In this document: piece by piece, positions 63,914 to 64,000 of the stretch | Layout: each line of letters begins with the position of its first letter | How positions within the stretch are numbered: the stretch's first letter is position 1 | Assembly (NCBI GenBank): GCA_963735595.1 | Contig: CAVTLK010000002.1 | Coordinates: 32,001-96,000 of the forward strand | Source: an uncultured delta proteobacterium | GTDB taxonomy: Bacteria; Desulfobacterota; Zymogenia; Zymogenales; Zymogenaceae | Direction: 5' to 3' | Length of the DNA stretch: 64,000 nucleotides | The notes under the pieces: generated by a model | What the model was told of the DNA's origin: nothing | Seen by the model: only the letters and a program-made list of their open reading frames with translations | Databases searched by the model: none | Made by a program: the position numbers and the translations under genes

Positions 63914-64000
63914 ATGTGGGACCTGTTGTTCTGGCTGTATCTTGTCAACGCAATCTTTTTGATCAACCACGAGATCGACTCCGGCTATCAGAAGGAATGG
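63914..64000 (+). CDS. Small membrane protein, 5' part (HEID motif, DUF6713-like; truncated by window)
   Basis: AAGGAG RBS; MWDLLFWLYLVNAIFLINHEIDSGYQKEW. Confidence 0.65.
   Translation, partial: MWDLLFWLYLVNAIFLINHEIDSGYQKEW

Overview
Chromosomal window from a GC-rich anaerobic deltaproteobacterium-like organism (Desulfobacterota/Myxococcota-type gene order; taxonomy is inference). 1-17 kb: pilM'NOPQ-aroC-aroK-aroB-TPR-roadblock-aroQ-Xaa-Pro peptidase-efp-accB-accC-large TPR-ExeA-type ATPase. 17.5-28.7 kb: tRNA-Gly, rimP-nusA-infB-DUF503-rbfA-DHH-truB-rpsO-pnp-M16 peptidase. 28.7-37.5 kb: GGQ rescue factor, M20 peptidase, MarC, radical SAM, sirtuin, a small GN-repeat protein, gap-pgk-tpiA-secG-tRNA-Leu. 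37.6-64 kb: accessory metabolic and envelope genes (DUF362 Fe-S protein, FGGY kinase, DUF39 homocysteine-synthesis protein, MBL-fold hydrolase, thermonuclease, LpoA/LppC-like lipoprotein, MFS, M16 protease, tatBC, lpxH, secreted low-complexity protein, flavodoxin, methyltransferase-corrinoid fusion, acyl-CoA ligase, FMN oxidoreductase, class II aldolase, membrane proteins). Genes in the first ~12 kb (plus probably rimP) carry many 1-nt frameshifts that look like sequencing indels; I saw none beyond ~18 kb. The strongest novelty candidate is the MBL-fold hydrolase: one in-frame TGA directly followed by a hairpin fitting the bacterial SECIS geometry, suggesting a selenoprotein. No CRISPR array, prophage, integrase or transposase gene was seen.
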